DNA from: a virus
Reading direction: 5' to 3' (one strand)
IMG/VR virus record: IMGVR_UViG_3300037755_000305
Location: 1-64,000 of that record
DNA: 64,000 nt
The translations under genes were made by a program, and so were the position numbers. Of the stretch, positions 18,544-27,362 are shown one piece after another. A model generated the notes under the pieces. That model was given only the letters and a program-made list of their open reading frames with translations, did not search any database and was not told the DNA's origin. Positions within the stretch are counted from its first letter, which is position 1. Every line of letters begins with the position of its first letter.

Positions 18544-19589
18544 GGGTTCTGTTATTGTGTTCCTCAAATCCAAGAGGAACAGCGTTAGGTATGCAACATG
18601 GACTGTTAGCGGGCGGGCATGTAGCTGACCTTTTCTTTGCGGATAAACGTGATGCTAGAGACCTGCTTAAAGAGGCCCGCAGCTACGATACTGTCATTAT
18701 CTGCAAAGGGAACCAAATACGAAACCTAGATCGGTACTTAGAAGTGGTTAGAAATTTGCCAGACACCACTTACTTTATACCCGACGTTGTTGATCGCGGC
18801 AACAGAGCATCGTCTGTAGGTCCTCGGGCATTAGCATGTACTAGAATCGTATGTACAGGAACAGAGGCGGCCAAGTGGTTCCGCAGTCAGAGATATAGAG
18901 GCAGAGTAGCTCAGGTGTACCAGGGCTTTCGTTCTCACATCTGGAAGCCTGGAGACAGTTTGCCTCAAAACCAAAACCGGATAGCTTTTTTGGGTGCATT
19001 TTACGGAGATGACGGAGGACGAGAAAACAGGCTTGCTGGGCTACGAAATCTGGGGTTCGATGTCTTCCATAGAGACGACATTTTTCACGAACAAGCAGCA
19101 TCCACGTATTGGAACAGTGCGCTTTGCCTAAATTTCAGCGCGTGGGACTGCACATCAAATAGGGCCGTTCGCGTAATGGCTTCTGGCGGGTTTTTGCTGA
19201 CAGAGCTGAACAGAGATGTAGCCGCCACATTTGAGCGCGGGAATCAACTAGACTGGTTTTCTTCCCCTAAGGAAATGGAAGAAAAAGTTATCTTTTACAT
19301 GAAAAATCCTAAAATTCGCATGGAAATAGCTAAAAGGGGCTACACCTGGACTAAAGACAGATCATGGACGGAACAAATGGAGAAGATCGTTCGTTTTGTA
19401 CAGGGCGAGGATTTTTGCGACGGAGCTGCTGATCCATACACAGGGGAGGCTCCAGACTACCCGGAACCAGAACCTATGCGAACTACTAAACCTAAGAAGC
19501 AGACCACGAAATCTAAGAAGCACAACCCCGTAGCCGCCAAGTCTAGTCCTGGGACGCGAAGATATGGTAAGGGAGGAGCTTTACAATGA
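18540..19589 (+). CDS. CgeB-like GT-B glycosyltransferase, paralogue A
   Basis: IAFLG, YWNSALCLN, SNRAVRVMASGGFLLTE and RMEIAKRG. ATG 18540 overlaps the upstream stop. Confidence 0.78.
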   Translation: MRVLLLCSSNPRGTALGMQHGLLAGGHVADLFFADKRDARDLLKEARSYDTVIICKGNQIRNLDRYLEVVRNLPDTTYFIPDVVDRGNRASSVGPRALACTRIVCTGTEAAKWFRSQRYRGRVAQVYQGFRSHIWKPGDSLPQNQNRIAFLGAFYGDDGGRENRLAGLRNLGFDVFHRDDIFHEQAASTYWNSALCLNFSAWDCTSNRAVRVMASGGFLLTELNRDVAATFERGNQLDWFSSPKEMEEKVIFYMKNPKIRMEIAKRGYTWTKDRSWTEQMEKIVRFVQGEDFCDGAADPYTGEAPDYPEPEPMRTTKPKKQTTKSKKHNPVAAKSSPGTRRYGKGGALQ

Positions 19590-20209
19590 AATATGATCCC
19601 AGAGAATACTGGGCCGAACGTCTACAAAGAAAGGGCAAGAACTACGTTGCTTGGAAGAGCCTGTCAGGCGCTTTTGATAAACAGTCCGAGGTGTTTTGGG
19701 CGGCAACTGCACCACACTTGCCCAATGGTGGTAGGGTTCTAGACTTTGGGTGCGGAGTAGGTCGCTTTGCTGCTGTGTTGTCCAATGTTGTAGATTCTTA
19801 CGATGGAGTCGATATCAATGAAGGTGCCCTGAAACTTGCACCCGAGCTGGAAAATGCTACATTCACGCACCTAGCTGAGGATAGGTTGCCCTTCCCTGAT
19901 GCTACTTTTGATGGAGCAGTGGCTTTCACGGTCATTCAGCACATTGTGGACCCAAAACATTATGCCAATTGGACAGCCGAGCTAGCTCGCGTTGTTCGTC
20001 CCGGAGGGTGGTTCTTCGTGATTGACGATCCACAGTTTGATACCAGCGGCAAGCGCATTAAAGATGCAATACATATGCGTCGCCGAACTCCCGAAATCAT
20101 TTCGGCGTCACTGTTGTCCACAGTTACAAAGACCGGAAAAATAAGTGCAGAGTACAAAGACTCTCACTATTACTTTCTGTCTACGAGAGATGAGCAATGC
20201 GATACCTAG
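19586..20209 (+). CDS. Class I SAM-dependent methyltransferase
   Basis: VLDFGCGVGRF, GVDIN, LPFPDATFD, VIQHI and VRPGG. Confidence 0.88.
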   Translation: MKYDPREYWAERLQRKGKNYVAWKSLSGAFDKQSEVFWAATAPHLPNGGRVLDFGCGVGRFAAVLSNVVDSYDGVDINEGALKLAPELENATFTHLAEDRLPFPDATFDGAVAFTVIQHIVDPKHYANWTAELARVVRPGGWFFVIDDPQFDTSGKRIKDAIHMRRRTPEIISASLLSTVTKTGKISAEYKDSHYYFLSTRDEQCDT

Positions 20210-21150
20210 TAACAGGAGCCGCAGGGTTCATTGGAGCCCGATTTGTAGAGAGTTGCAAGAAAGAAGGAATCGAATTGGTTTCGGTGGACAAGCTTGTCAA
20301 TTTCTCCAGACCAGAGCATAAGGGTCTAAATTTTGGCATGAAGTTCGATATTGACGACATCATGCAGCACCTTATTCATGACGCTCCAAGGAATATTGAT
20401 GCCATTATTCATCTGGGAGCGATAACAGATACAACCGCTTCGGACATCTACGAACTGCGCAGACTCAACACTGATTTCACACATGTATTGTGGAGATACG
20501 CTCATGAGTATCAAGTGCCTTTTGTGTACGCTTCTAGTGCAGCTACCTACGGTGATTCGGAAGTATTTTCCGACGACGAAGACAAGCTACGTAGCCTTAT
20601 ACCGTTAAACGACTATGGTTTTTCCAAGCACGCTTTTGACATGTCTGCTCTAAAACTAGAAGGGCAGGGCATTGCTCCACCCAATTGGGCTGGTTTCAAG
20701 TTCTTCAACGTATACGGATATGGAGAGTCGCACAAGGGCCGTATGGCAAGCATGGTGTATCAGGCGTTCCAGCAGGCTCAACACGACCGTAAGATCACTC
20801 TATTTAAATCACATAGAGACGACGTAGGAGATGGACTACAGTGCAGGGATTTCATCTATGTAGACGATGTAGTGGACGTGCTGCATTGGGCTCTGGCCCA
20901 CTCGAAGCGTGGCATCTACAATCTGGGCACAGGAACAGCCAGCCCGTTCCTAGATATAGCTTTCAGCGTATTTGAAGTTCTTAAGATGTTCCCTAAGATC
21001 GACTGGGTTGCTACCCCGGAAGATATCCGAAACCAGTATCAATACTTCACCAAGGCTGACATGACTAAACTCCGAAATGCGGGCTATACGAAGCGTTTTA
21101 CGAGAATAGAGGAGGGGATAAAAGCCTACGCAAAGAGGATGTGTTTGTGA
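20197..21150 (+). CDS. hldD: ADP-L-glycero-D-manno-heptose 6-epimerase-like SDR
   Basis: VTGAAGFIG, HLGAITDT, YASSAATYG, YGFSK (YxxxK), FFNVYG, MASMVYQ, RDFIYVDD, YNLGTG and YQYFTKAD; the last motifs are HldD/RfaD-specific. Confidence 0.85.
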   Translation: MRYLVTGAAGFIGARFVESCKKEGIELVSVDKLVNFSRPEHKGLNFGMKFDIDDIMQHLIHDAPRNIDAIIHLGAITDTTASDIYELRRLNTDFTHVLWRYAHEYQVPFVYASSAATYGDSEVFSDDEDKLRSLIPLNDYGFSKHAFDMSALKLEGQGIAPPNWAGFKFFNVYGYGESHKGRMASMVYQAFQQAQHDRKITLFKSHRDDVGDGLQCRDFIYVDDVVDVLHWALAHSKRGIYNLGTGTASPFLDIAFSVFEVLKMFPKIDWVATPEDIRNQYQYFTKADMTKLRNAGYTKRFTRIEEGIKAYAKRMCL

Positions 21151-22163
21151 AAGTTCTTGTAATGGCACATTTCTCCGATAAGAGAAGTACCATACACGGA
21201 CTTACTGCGGGTCTGGACGTAGGGGGACATCAATGGTTCCCTTGCGAGACCAAAGCTGGAAGTGTGAGACCAAATAATCCAGAATTCGCCAATTACGTTG
21301 TTTCTATGGCGGATCGTCTCAAGGTCGATACTGTATTGATCGGCAAGGGCACAACTATCCCTATAGGGATATACAAGCAAATGGTATCCAGATTACCAAA
21401 TACAACATATCTGACTTTTGATTCTGTAAGCGGAAACGGTTGTGGTCCACCTCAAAGGCCGGAAGAATGTGGACAACGCGGTATGCTGTGCGATCGTATC
21501 ATTCTTACAGGGTCAGAAGGCGCACGCTGGTTTAGGGATAATGGTTTCCAGGGACGTATTGCACAGATCTATCAAGGATGCAGGCATAGTCTTTGGAGAC
21601 CCAATAGCTTAGAGGAAGAAAGAAGTCTGCAACACACGGTATCTTTCTTGGGTTCAAGTAACTATAAAGGAGATGGGGGCCGTAAGGCTAAGCTTTCCGC
21701 CCTGTCAGGTGCAGGCTTTCATGTGCAGCACAACAAGAGAATTTTTCACGAAGAAGCTTCTAGATTGTATTACAATAGCGGAATCTGTTTGAATATGGTG
21801 TGTGGTACCCCGAACGAAGGACATACGCCAGTTGGTATCACATCCAACCGTTTGGTTAGGGTGCTAACTTCTGGAGGGTTCGCCCTATCAGAAAGGAATA
21901 CAGACGTTGCAGCTACTTTCGAAGAAGGGAATCACTTGGCTACGTACAATTTTGGTGATGTACCGGATCTTCTTGAGAAGGCTCGTTACTGGATGGATAG
22001 ACCTTCAGATAGGCTGGAAATCGCAAGGCGTGGGTGGGAGTGGTCAGCCAATTGGGGCTGGGATCAACAAGTGGACAAAATGATGAGGTTTATTGATGGA
22101 GACGATGTTCCCGCTGACGGAGCTGCAAGCCCTTGGGTGGGCACTTTTCGCGTGGACGGCTAA
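21147..22163 (+). CDS. CgeB-like GT-B glycosyltransferase, paralogue B
   Basis: Aligns along its length with 18540-19589 (e.g. IFHEEASRLYYNSGICLN vs IFHEQAASTYWNSALCLN). GTG start at 21147 or 21141. Confidence 0.78.
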   Translation: MKVLVMAHFSDKRSTIHGLTAGLDVGGHQWFPCETKAGSVRPNNPEFANYVVSMADRLKVDTVLIGKGTTIPIGIYKQMVSRLPNTTYLTFDSVSGNGCGPPQRPEECGQRGMLCDRIILTGSEGARWFRDNGFQGRIAQIYQGCRHSLWRPNSLEEERSLQHTVSFLGSSNYKGDGGRKAKLSALSGAGFHVQHNKRIFHEEASRLYYNSGICLNMVCGTPNEGHTPVGITSNRLVRVLTSGGFALSERNTDVAATFEEGNHLATYNFGDVPDLLEKARYWMDRPSDRLEIARRGWEWSANWGWDQQVDKMMRFIDGDDVPADGAASPWVGTFRVDG

Positions 22164-22578
22164 CCTACTAGCCCCCGCGTGGCCTCTAATTGCTTCAGCC
22201 GTTGCCGGAGCCATAGTCGGACTGGAGCGAGAGTGGGCCAGTAAACCCGCCGGACTCCGTACCAACATGTTGATTTGTGTGGGCTCCTGCCTCTATTGCA
22301 TCATGTCAGTAGAAGTTGGGCTAGACCCTTCCCGTATTGCCGCTCAGGTGGTAAGCGGCGTGGGCTTTATCGGGGCTGGTGCTATACTGCGTATCAACCA
22401 GAACATTACGGGCGTTACGACAGCAGCCACTATATGGTTGGTAGCCGCCATTGGCATGGCTATCGGATTCGGCTACATTAGTCTCGGGCTAACGCTAGCT
22501 TTCTTCACCACTGTGGCTCTGTTTTTGTTGGGGCGTGTAGAAATAAAGGTAGCCGATGACGAAGATACTCATGACTAG
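22096..22578 (+). CDS. mgtC: MgtC/SapB-family membrane protein
   Basis: IVGLERE, PAGLRT, DPSRIAAQVVSGVGFIGAG and GVTTAATIW, with hydrophobic helices. Confidence 0.9.
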   Translation: METMFPLTELQALGWALFAWTANLLAPAWPLIASAVAGAIVGLEREWASKPAGLRTNMLICVGSCLYCIMSVEVGLDPSRIAAQVVSGVGFIGAGAILRINQNITGVTTAATIWLVAAIGMAIGFGYISLGLTLAFFTTVALFLLGRVEIKVADDEDTHD

Positions 22579-23353
22579 GCTCGGCGGTGTCGGAGACATG
22601 GTGATGACAGAGCCCGTTCTCCAGACTCTCCATGACAAGTATGCCCCTTGTCACATTACTTATCGGACCCACAGACACGTTTACGATCTGATGCTGTATC
22701 ATCCTCTAATCGACCAGATCCTCTGCACTCGAACAGGTTGCTGGACCCCCACCCCAGAGGGGTATGATATTCATGTAAATTTGCACGGGGTCATTGAAAA
22801 AGCCCCCTTCGGGAAGCACGGAATTGACGCTTTCGCGGAGGCTGCGGGAGTCACGCTAGAGAGAAGACAACCAAGGCTTTATCTTGAGGGGAAAATGTGC
22901 CCTGTGGCATCTGAGGATGACCGCTATCCAACGATTTCCCACCCTGAGACCAAGACCCCGCCCATGGTTGATATCTCTTTCCACGTCCCTCAAGAGCCCC
23001 GTAACATGGCATGGAAATCTGGGCGAGTGGTTATTTCTCGTTTTATGGAGTTTCTCGATGAAAACGGAGAGAAACCGATTGTGCGCGTGGTAGGGCAAGA
23101 TCATGTGGAGCCGGGTCGCTCTAATGTGCTCAAAATGTCCAAGGAAATACAACAATCTCGACTTTTCGTGGGGCCAGATAGCGGCGGATTTCACATTGCC
23201 GCAGCTCTAGGAGTGCCTACTGTGGCCTCCTTTACAGACAAGTTCCCAGCCAAAATGAGAAGCTACTCTAAAGTAGTTGCGGCCGGTGATGATCTAAAGG
23301 AGGTCTTTACCCTGGCTCTAGCAATGTACAGGAAGACGAAAAATGGCAATTAG
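22556..23353 (+). CDS. GT9 (ADP-heptose:LPS heptosyltransferase-like) glycosyltransferase
   Basis: RLGGVGDMVMTEPVL (typical GT9 start) and FVGPDSGGFHIAAALGVPTV. Confidence 0.82.
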   Translation: MTKILMTRLGGVGDMVMTEPVLQTLHDKYAPCHITYRTHRHVYDLMLYHPLIDQILCTRTGCWTPTPEGYDIHVNLHGVIEKAPFGKHGIDAFAEAAGVTLERRQPRLYLEGKMCPVASEDDRYPTISHPETKTPPMVDISFHVPQEPRNMAWKSGRVVISRFMEFLDENGEKPIVRVVGQDHVEPGRSNVLKMSKEIQQSRLFVGPDSGGFHIAAALGVPTVASFTDKFPAKMRSYSKVVAAGDDLKEVFTLALAMYRKTKNGN

Positions 23354-24308
23354 GCCCGATCCCGCTAATCCAGCAGAATCGAAGACTGTACGAAAGGTTG
23401 CCATTACACCTGACAGCATTCCTCCTTTTGATGCAGCAGCACATTACGCGAATTACGACCATGAAGCGGTTCTGGCTTTGTCTCGTAAGACTCTAATCAC
23501 CTCCGCCACGTATAATCGTAAGGGAACAGTGGAACAGTGTGTTGCGGCTACCAACAGGCACAAGCTTGAAGCCAAGATGTACATACATGATGACGGCTCT
23601 GACGAGTACGGCGAGACTTGGCTTCAGCAGTTCGGAGATAGAGTGTTTCGACACAAAAGATCTGCGGGCGGCAAACAAGGTGTCAAGAATCTGCGCTCCA
23701 ATATAACCAAGAGTGTACTTGGCGATTTTCAGCCGGATGTCTTCAAGCCCTGGCTTGAAGAAGATTTCGTATCGGCAGGACCAGAATACCTATATCACGT
23801 AGATAGCGATGGACTACACGACCCATATTTTTTCTATCGCATTCACGAAATCATGGAGCTGTATCCGAATTGGGGAACAATTTGTCTCTATAACGCCAAG
23901 TTCCATTCTCCTCGTGGCAACAGAACCGAGAACAGCGTAATAGACCCTTACACCTCAGTTAGAAGTATGGCACCCGGCATTTCTATGTTTTTCCGAATGC
24001 AGAGTTTTCTAGACAATCCCAATAAGGTCCAAGTACCGGATGGTCGAGGTTGGGATGGATTTTATTCACGAGAAGTAGCTAACAGAAAAGTCGTTACGTC
24101 TTTGGTGTCGTTCGTAGAACACTACGGAAAATGGGGATTTCATAACAAGGGAAACTTCGATCGAGACAGAGCTTTGAACCCAACCAAGTATCTGACAGAC
24201 GGCAGGCAGAGCACTATCGAGAAAATAGAATCTGAGCACGTACTAACAACTAAGCGCATGGATCAAGTCTCCAAGACGCCAATGTCAGGGAGTAACCATG
24301 CAGTCTAA
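23343..24308 (+). CDS. GT2-like (GT-A) glycosyltransferase
   Basis: TYNR, IHDDGSDE, and a DxD motif in YLYHVDSD. Confidence 0.7.
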   Translation: MAIRPDPANPAESKTVRKVAITPDSIPPFDAAAHYANYDHEAVLALSRKTLITSATYNRKGTVEQCVAATNRHKLEAKMYIHDDGSDEYGETWLQQFGDRVFRHKRSAGGKQGVKNLRSNITKSVLGDFQPDVFKPWLEEDFVSAGPEYLYHVDSDGLHDPYFFYRIHEIMELYPNWGTICLYNAKFHSPRGNRTENSVIDPYTSVRSMAPGISMFFRMQSFLDNPNKVQVPDGRGWDGFYSREVANRKVVTSLVSFVEHYGKWGFHNKGNFDRDRALNPTKYLTDGRQSTIEKIESEHVLTTKRMDQVSKTPMSGSNHAV

Positions 24309-26616
24309 GACCCAACTTTTCAATAAGCGCTCACCCGCACTACTAAATGGAACCTCTTACATTACCCGTGAAGGCGGCTTTCTAGAAGCCGCTTCCGGTT
24401 CCATGGGAACGGTTACTGATAAGTGGACTATCGCTACTTGGATCAAGAGGCAGAGAAACTTCTCAAGTTCAGAGGCATTCTTTACACTGCGTGATACCCC
24501 CACCACTCTCCTTGGGGCTATACAGTTTACTAACTGGATTGGAGCCAACGAGCTTAGATTTATCTTACGCAATGATTCTGGAGCCCAAGTAAGCACCTAT
24601 GAGATTTTGGACGTTCCGGCATTTGGGCTGAACACTGATTGGGAATTTTTCGTATTCACTTACGACTACAACGGTGGCACTGTTTTGCAAGAGTTCTATT
24701 ACAATGGAACTCTGTTAGACGAGACTCCCGGCGCTGGTGTTGGGGACCCCTATCTGGATCGCGTAACAGTGGCAAACCCGCAACAAGCAGGAATTGACAA
24801 ATACATCAGTGTAGGAACCTTCGAGGGACAAGTCTTCAACTGGTCTATGTGGGATCGCGTATTGTCGCTGAGTGAAGTATCTTCATTGTACAATGGAGGT
24901 AATGGCTTCGTTGTTGACTATACAAAAAATAAAGCCTATTACAGCCCGGAAGGTCTGAATTTTCACTATACTTTCGATGATACGGACGACAGGGGAAAGA
25001 ACTTCGGAAGTGTTTCAAGAGATCTAACAGCAAATACAAGTGGTCTAGCTACTTACACAACATCCGACCTACCGGGTAAAAACGATCCTACAGTCTATAT
25101 GAAGGAAGACATGTCGTTCATGCTAAACCCGGGTGGGGGCAGCAATGGTCACTATATTAACGGTCCCCTATTAAGTTCGTTGTTTCCTTCTGATTTGAAT
25201 ACTTTTAGTGTTAGCTTTTGGTTTAAACGGGTTCCTGGCGTTACGTCTACCGAGTTCGAGGCTATCATAGGGTCTTCCACAGACTGGGATAACTGGACAG
25301 ATGGTTTTGCCGTATACTGGGGTAATGGAACAGATATAATTTTTTGGGTCAATGATCGGGATGGCGTTAATACTTCCGTGGAATATACCGGGTTTGCAGA
25401 TGATGACTGGCACCATCTTGTTGCTGTTTACGATGGAGCTAATGGGGAGCTAAAGATATACGACAATGAAGTTGTTGCCGCCGAAAATCTAACGGCTACA
25501 ACAGCCAACTTGTCTAGAACCGGGGCACAAAATTTTGGGCTGGGAAGGGTCGGGAACCTAAATCATGGAAGTTCGGATTACGGTTCAGGTTTCTACGATG
25601 AAGTCGCTGTATTCGATAGGGTTCTTACGAATGCTGAAATATCCCAACTTTATAACCAGGGAGTTCCATCCAGCCCTGTTAATTTGTCTGGACTACAACT
25701 ATGGTGGCAGGTAGACGAAGCTAATGGAGATAGTGACGATTTTAGCGGCACTCCAATTGTTGAAGACCAATCCGGCAACGACTTCGATGGTACCCCGTCC
25801 ATAGCAGGATCCAGTTCTGGTGCGGGGGCAGGATTCTTTCGTATATCCGAAAACAAGCCAACTTTTCAAGACAGATCCCTTGAATTTTCCAGTTCCACAA
25901 ACTATGTGGAAACAGTTAGCGTTTCTCCTTACTTAGGAATTCACGCGGCCGACTGGTCCGCAGCATGTTGGTTCAAATCTACTGCAACACCGAGCGCCGC
26001 TGACGAACCTGTTATATTTGAAACCACCGACCCTAGCGACGAAAGCGTTTTTCAGTTCTACATTGACGATTCGGATAATCTGCACATCAAACTATGGGAT
26101 ACCGACGGAGTCTTATTCAAACACTTTAGCTCTCCCCATGAAGGAAACAATGTATGGCAATACGTTGTTGCGGTATTTACCTCAGCTAGTGACATTCTGA
26201 CTGTATATAGTGGAACAGATACAGATTCTTCCATGACTGACATTACTGCATCCATGACAAAGACAGTAGACAACGCTGGAACCATGACTAATGAGGGGCC
26301 GCAGACTATTCGGTTTGGGAATAATGCCGCGCATGATACTAATTTTCCGGGTCGCATTTATAGTCTAACTTTATGGGACGATGCTTTAGCTTCTGCGGAA
26401 GTTACAGAGCTTCTTAACATGCGGTCTTTCAGGTCTCCCGTAATAGGTTCTTACGGAGACTATGTATCAAGCGCTGATATGCTGTACCATTACGACTGGA
26501 AAGACACATACTACATCGGAGACAATAGAAGTGCAGCACGCCTCACTCCAGCTATAGACCCAGATGTTGGCGGCGTGTGGCCACCATCCAATACGGATGT
26601 TCCACGTCGATACTAA
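24298..26616 (+). CDS. Triple LamG/concanavalin A-like lectin domain protein (probable virion protein)
   Basis: Three repeats of T/SIxxWxK...W(H/E/Q)xxxx(Y/F)...I-Y-x-(D/N)...DEVAV(F/W)DRxL..E(I/V)..LY; acidic and Ser/Thr/Gly-rich. Confidence 0.8.
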   Translation: MQSKTQLFNKRSPALLNGTSYITREGGFLEAASGSMGTVTDKWTIATWIKRQRNFSSSEAFFTLRDTPTTLLGAIQFTNWIGANELRFILRNDSGAQVSTYEILDVPAFGLNTDWEFFVFTYDYNGGTVLQEFYYNGTLLDETPGAGVGDPYLDRVTVANPQQAGIDKYISVGTFEGQVFNWSMWDRVLSLSEVSSLYNGGNGFVVDYTKNKAYYSPEGLNFHYTFDDTDDRGKNFGSVSRDLTANTSGLATYTTSDLPGKNDPTVYMKEDMSFMLNPGGGSNGHYINGPLLSSLFPSDLNTFSVSFWFKRVPGVTSTEFEAIIGSSTDWDNWTDGFAVYWGNGTDIIFWVNDRDGVNTSVEYTGFADDDWHHLVAVYDGANGELKIYDNEVVAAENLTATTANLSRTGAQNFGLGRVGNLNHGSSDYGSGFYDEVAVFDRVLTNAEISQLYNQGVPSSPVNLSGLQLWWQVDEANGDSDDFSGTPIVEDQSGNDFDGTPSIAGSSSGAGAGFFRISENKPTFQDRSLEFSSSTNYVETVSVSPYLGIHAADWSAACWFKSTATPSAADEPVIFETTDPSDESVFQFYIDDSDNLHIKLWDTDGVLFKHFSSPHEGNNVWQYVVAVFTSASDILTVYSGTDTDSSMTDITASMTKTVDNAGTMTNEGPQTIRFGNNAAHDTNFPGRIYSLTLWDDALASAEVTELLNMRSFRSPVIGSYGDYVSSADMLYHYDWKDTYYIGDNRSAARLTPAIDPDVGGVWPPSNTDVPRRY

Positions 26617-26625
26617 AGGGTAGTT

Positions 26626-27093
26626 ATGTTGAAGAAAATCATCTCAGGAGCGCAGACTGGCGCAGACCAAGGAGGGCTGGAAGCCGCCGCTTTCTTAGGA
26701 ATTCCCACAGGTGGCAAAATGCCTCTTGGCTTTAGGACCGAAGACGGCTATCATCCAGAGTTTTCTGAGATGTATGACGTCGAGGAGCTGGCTTCCGGAG
26801 AATACGCTCCGAGAACTAGATACAACGTGGTAGATTCGGACGCTACTGTCATCTTTGGTAGGGTCAATTCACCAGGGTCCAGCACGACACGAAGAATGTG
26901 CAAGGACAGTAACAAACCTTGCTTGGTAATTGAGGAATTTAGTGAATTATATTTTCGTTTATTTGGAGAATTTCTTCAGATGTACAAAGTTGAGACGCTA
27001 AATGTGGCAGGCAACAGAGAATCCAAGAATCCCGGATTGCAAAAACAGGTGTACGATTTTTTGATCGCAGCACTAGGAGATAAAGAAGAATGA
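26626..27093 (+). CDS. SLOG-superfamily protein (circularly permuted YpsA / putative molybdenum carrier family)
   Basis: KIISGAQTGADQGGL, RTRYNVVDSDAT, KPCL and LNVAGNRES. Confidence 0.85.
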   Translation: MLKKIISGAQTGADQGGLEAAAFLGIPTGGKMPLGFRTEDGYHPEFSEMYDVEELASGEYAPRTRYNVVDSDATVIFGRVNSPGSSTTRRMCKDSNKPCLVIEEFSELYFRLFGEFLQMYKVETLNVAGNRESKNPGLQKQVYDFLIAALGDKEE

Positions 27094-27362
27094 GTTCTCT
27101 GAAGGATCTTGAGCAGGACGTTTTTCAGTTCCTAAGCACCTTGGCCAACGTGCGCAAGGTGGACGTATCCGCGTCGGCGCAACGAGGCAAAAAGCGACTC
27201 AGTGTCGTGACTTACGTTGATGGCAAGACTCGTGAGACGCTTGGACGGGTTCGTACTACAGAAGAAATCCTAAGGGATAGGCACAGGAGCGTAGCCTTTG
27301 ACTTTAAATGCTCTACCCTAAAGGATGACCATGAGCGCACCGTGGGAACGCCAGAAGCCTAG
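27090..27362 (+). CDS. Hypothetical protein (90 aa)
   Basis: ATGA-coupled ORF. Confidence 0.6.
   Translation: MSSLKDLEQDVFQFLSTLANVRKVDVSASAQRGKKRLSVVTYVDGKTRETLGRVRTTEEILRDRHRSVAFDFKCSTLKDDHERTVGTPEA

Noticed and set aside
14025-24308. Glycan island as a captured bacterial LPS/capsule locus or host contamination
   Set aside because: It is continuous by overlapping junctions with phage-type genes on both sides and lacks flippase, polymerase or export genes. No att site, integrase or IS ends seen. Read-level confirmation is still advisable.
5849-26620. CTAAAG upstream of several genes as a second promoter motif
   Set aside because: Several copies simply include the TAA stop codon and spacing to starts is inconsistent; needs formal motif statistics.
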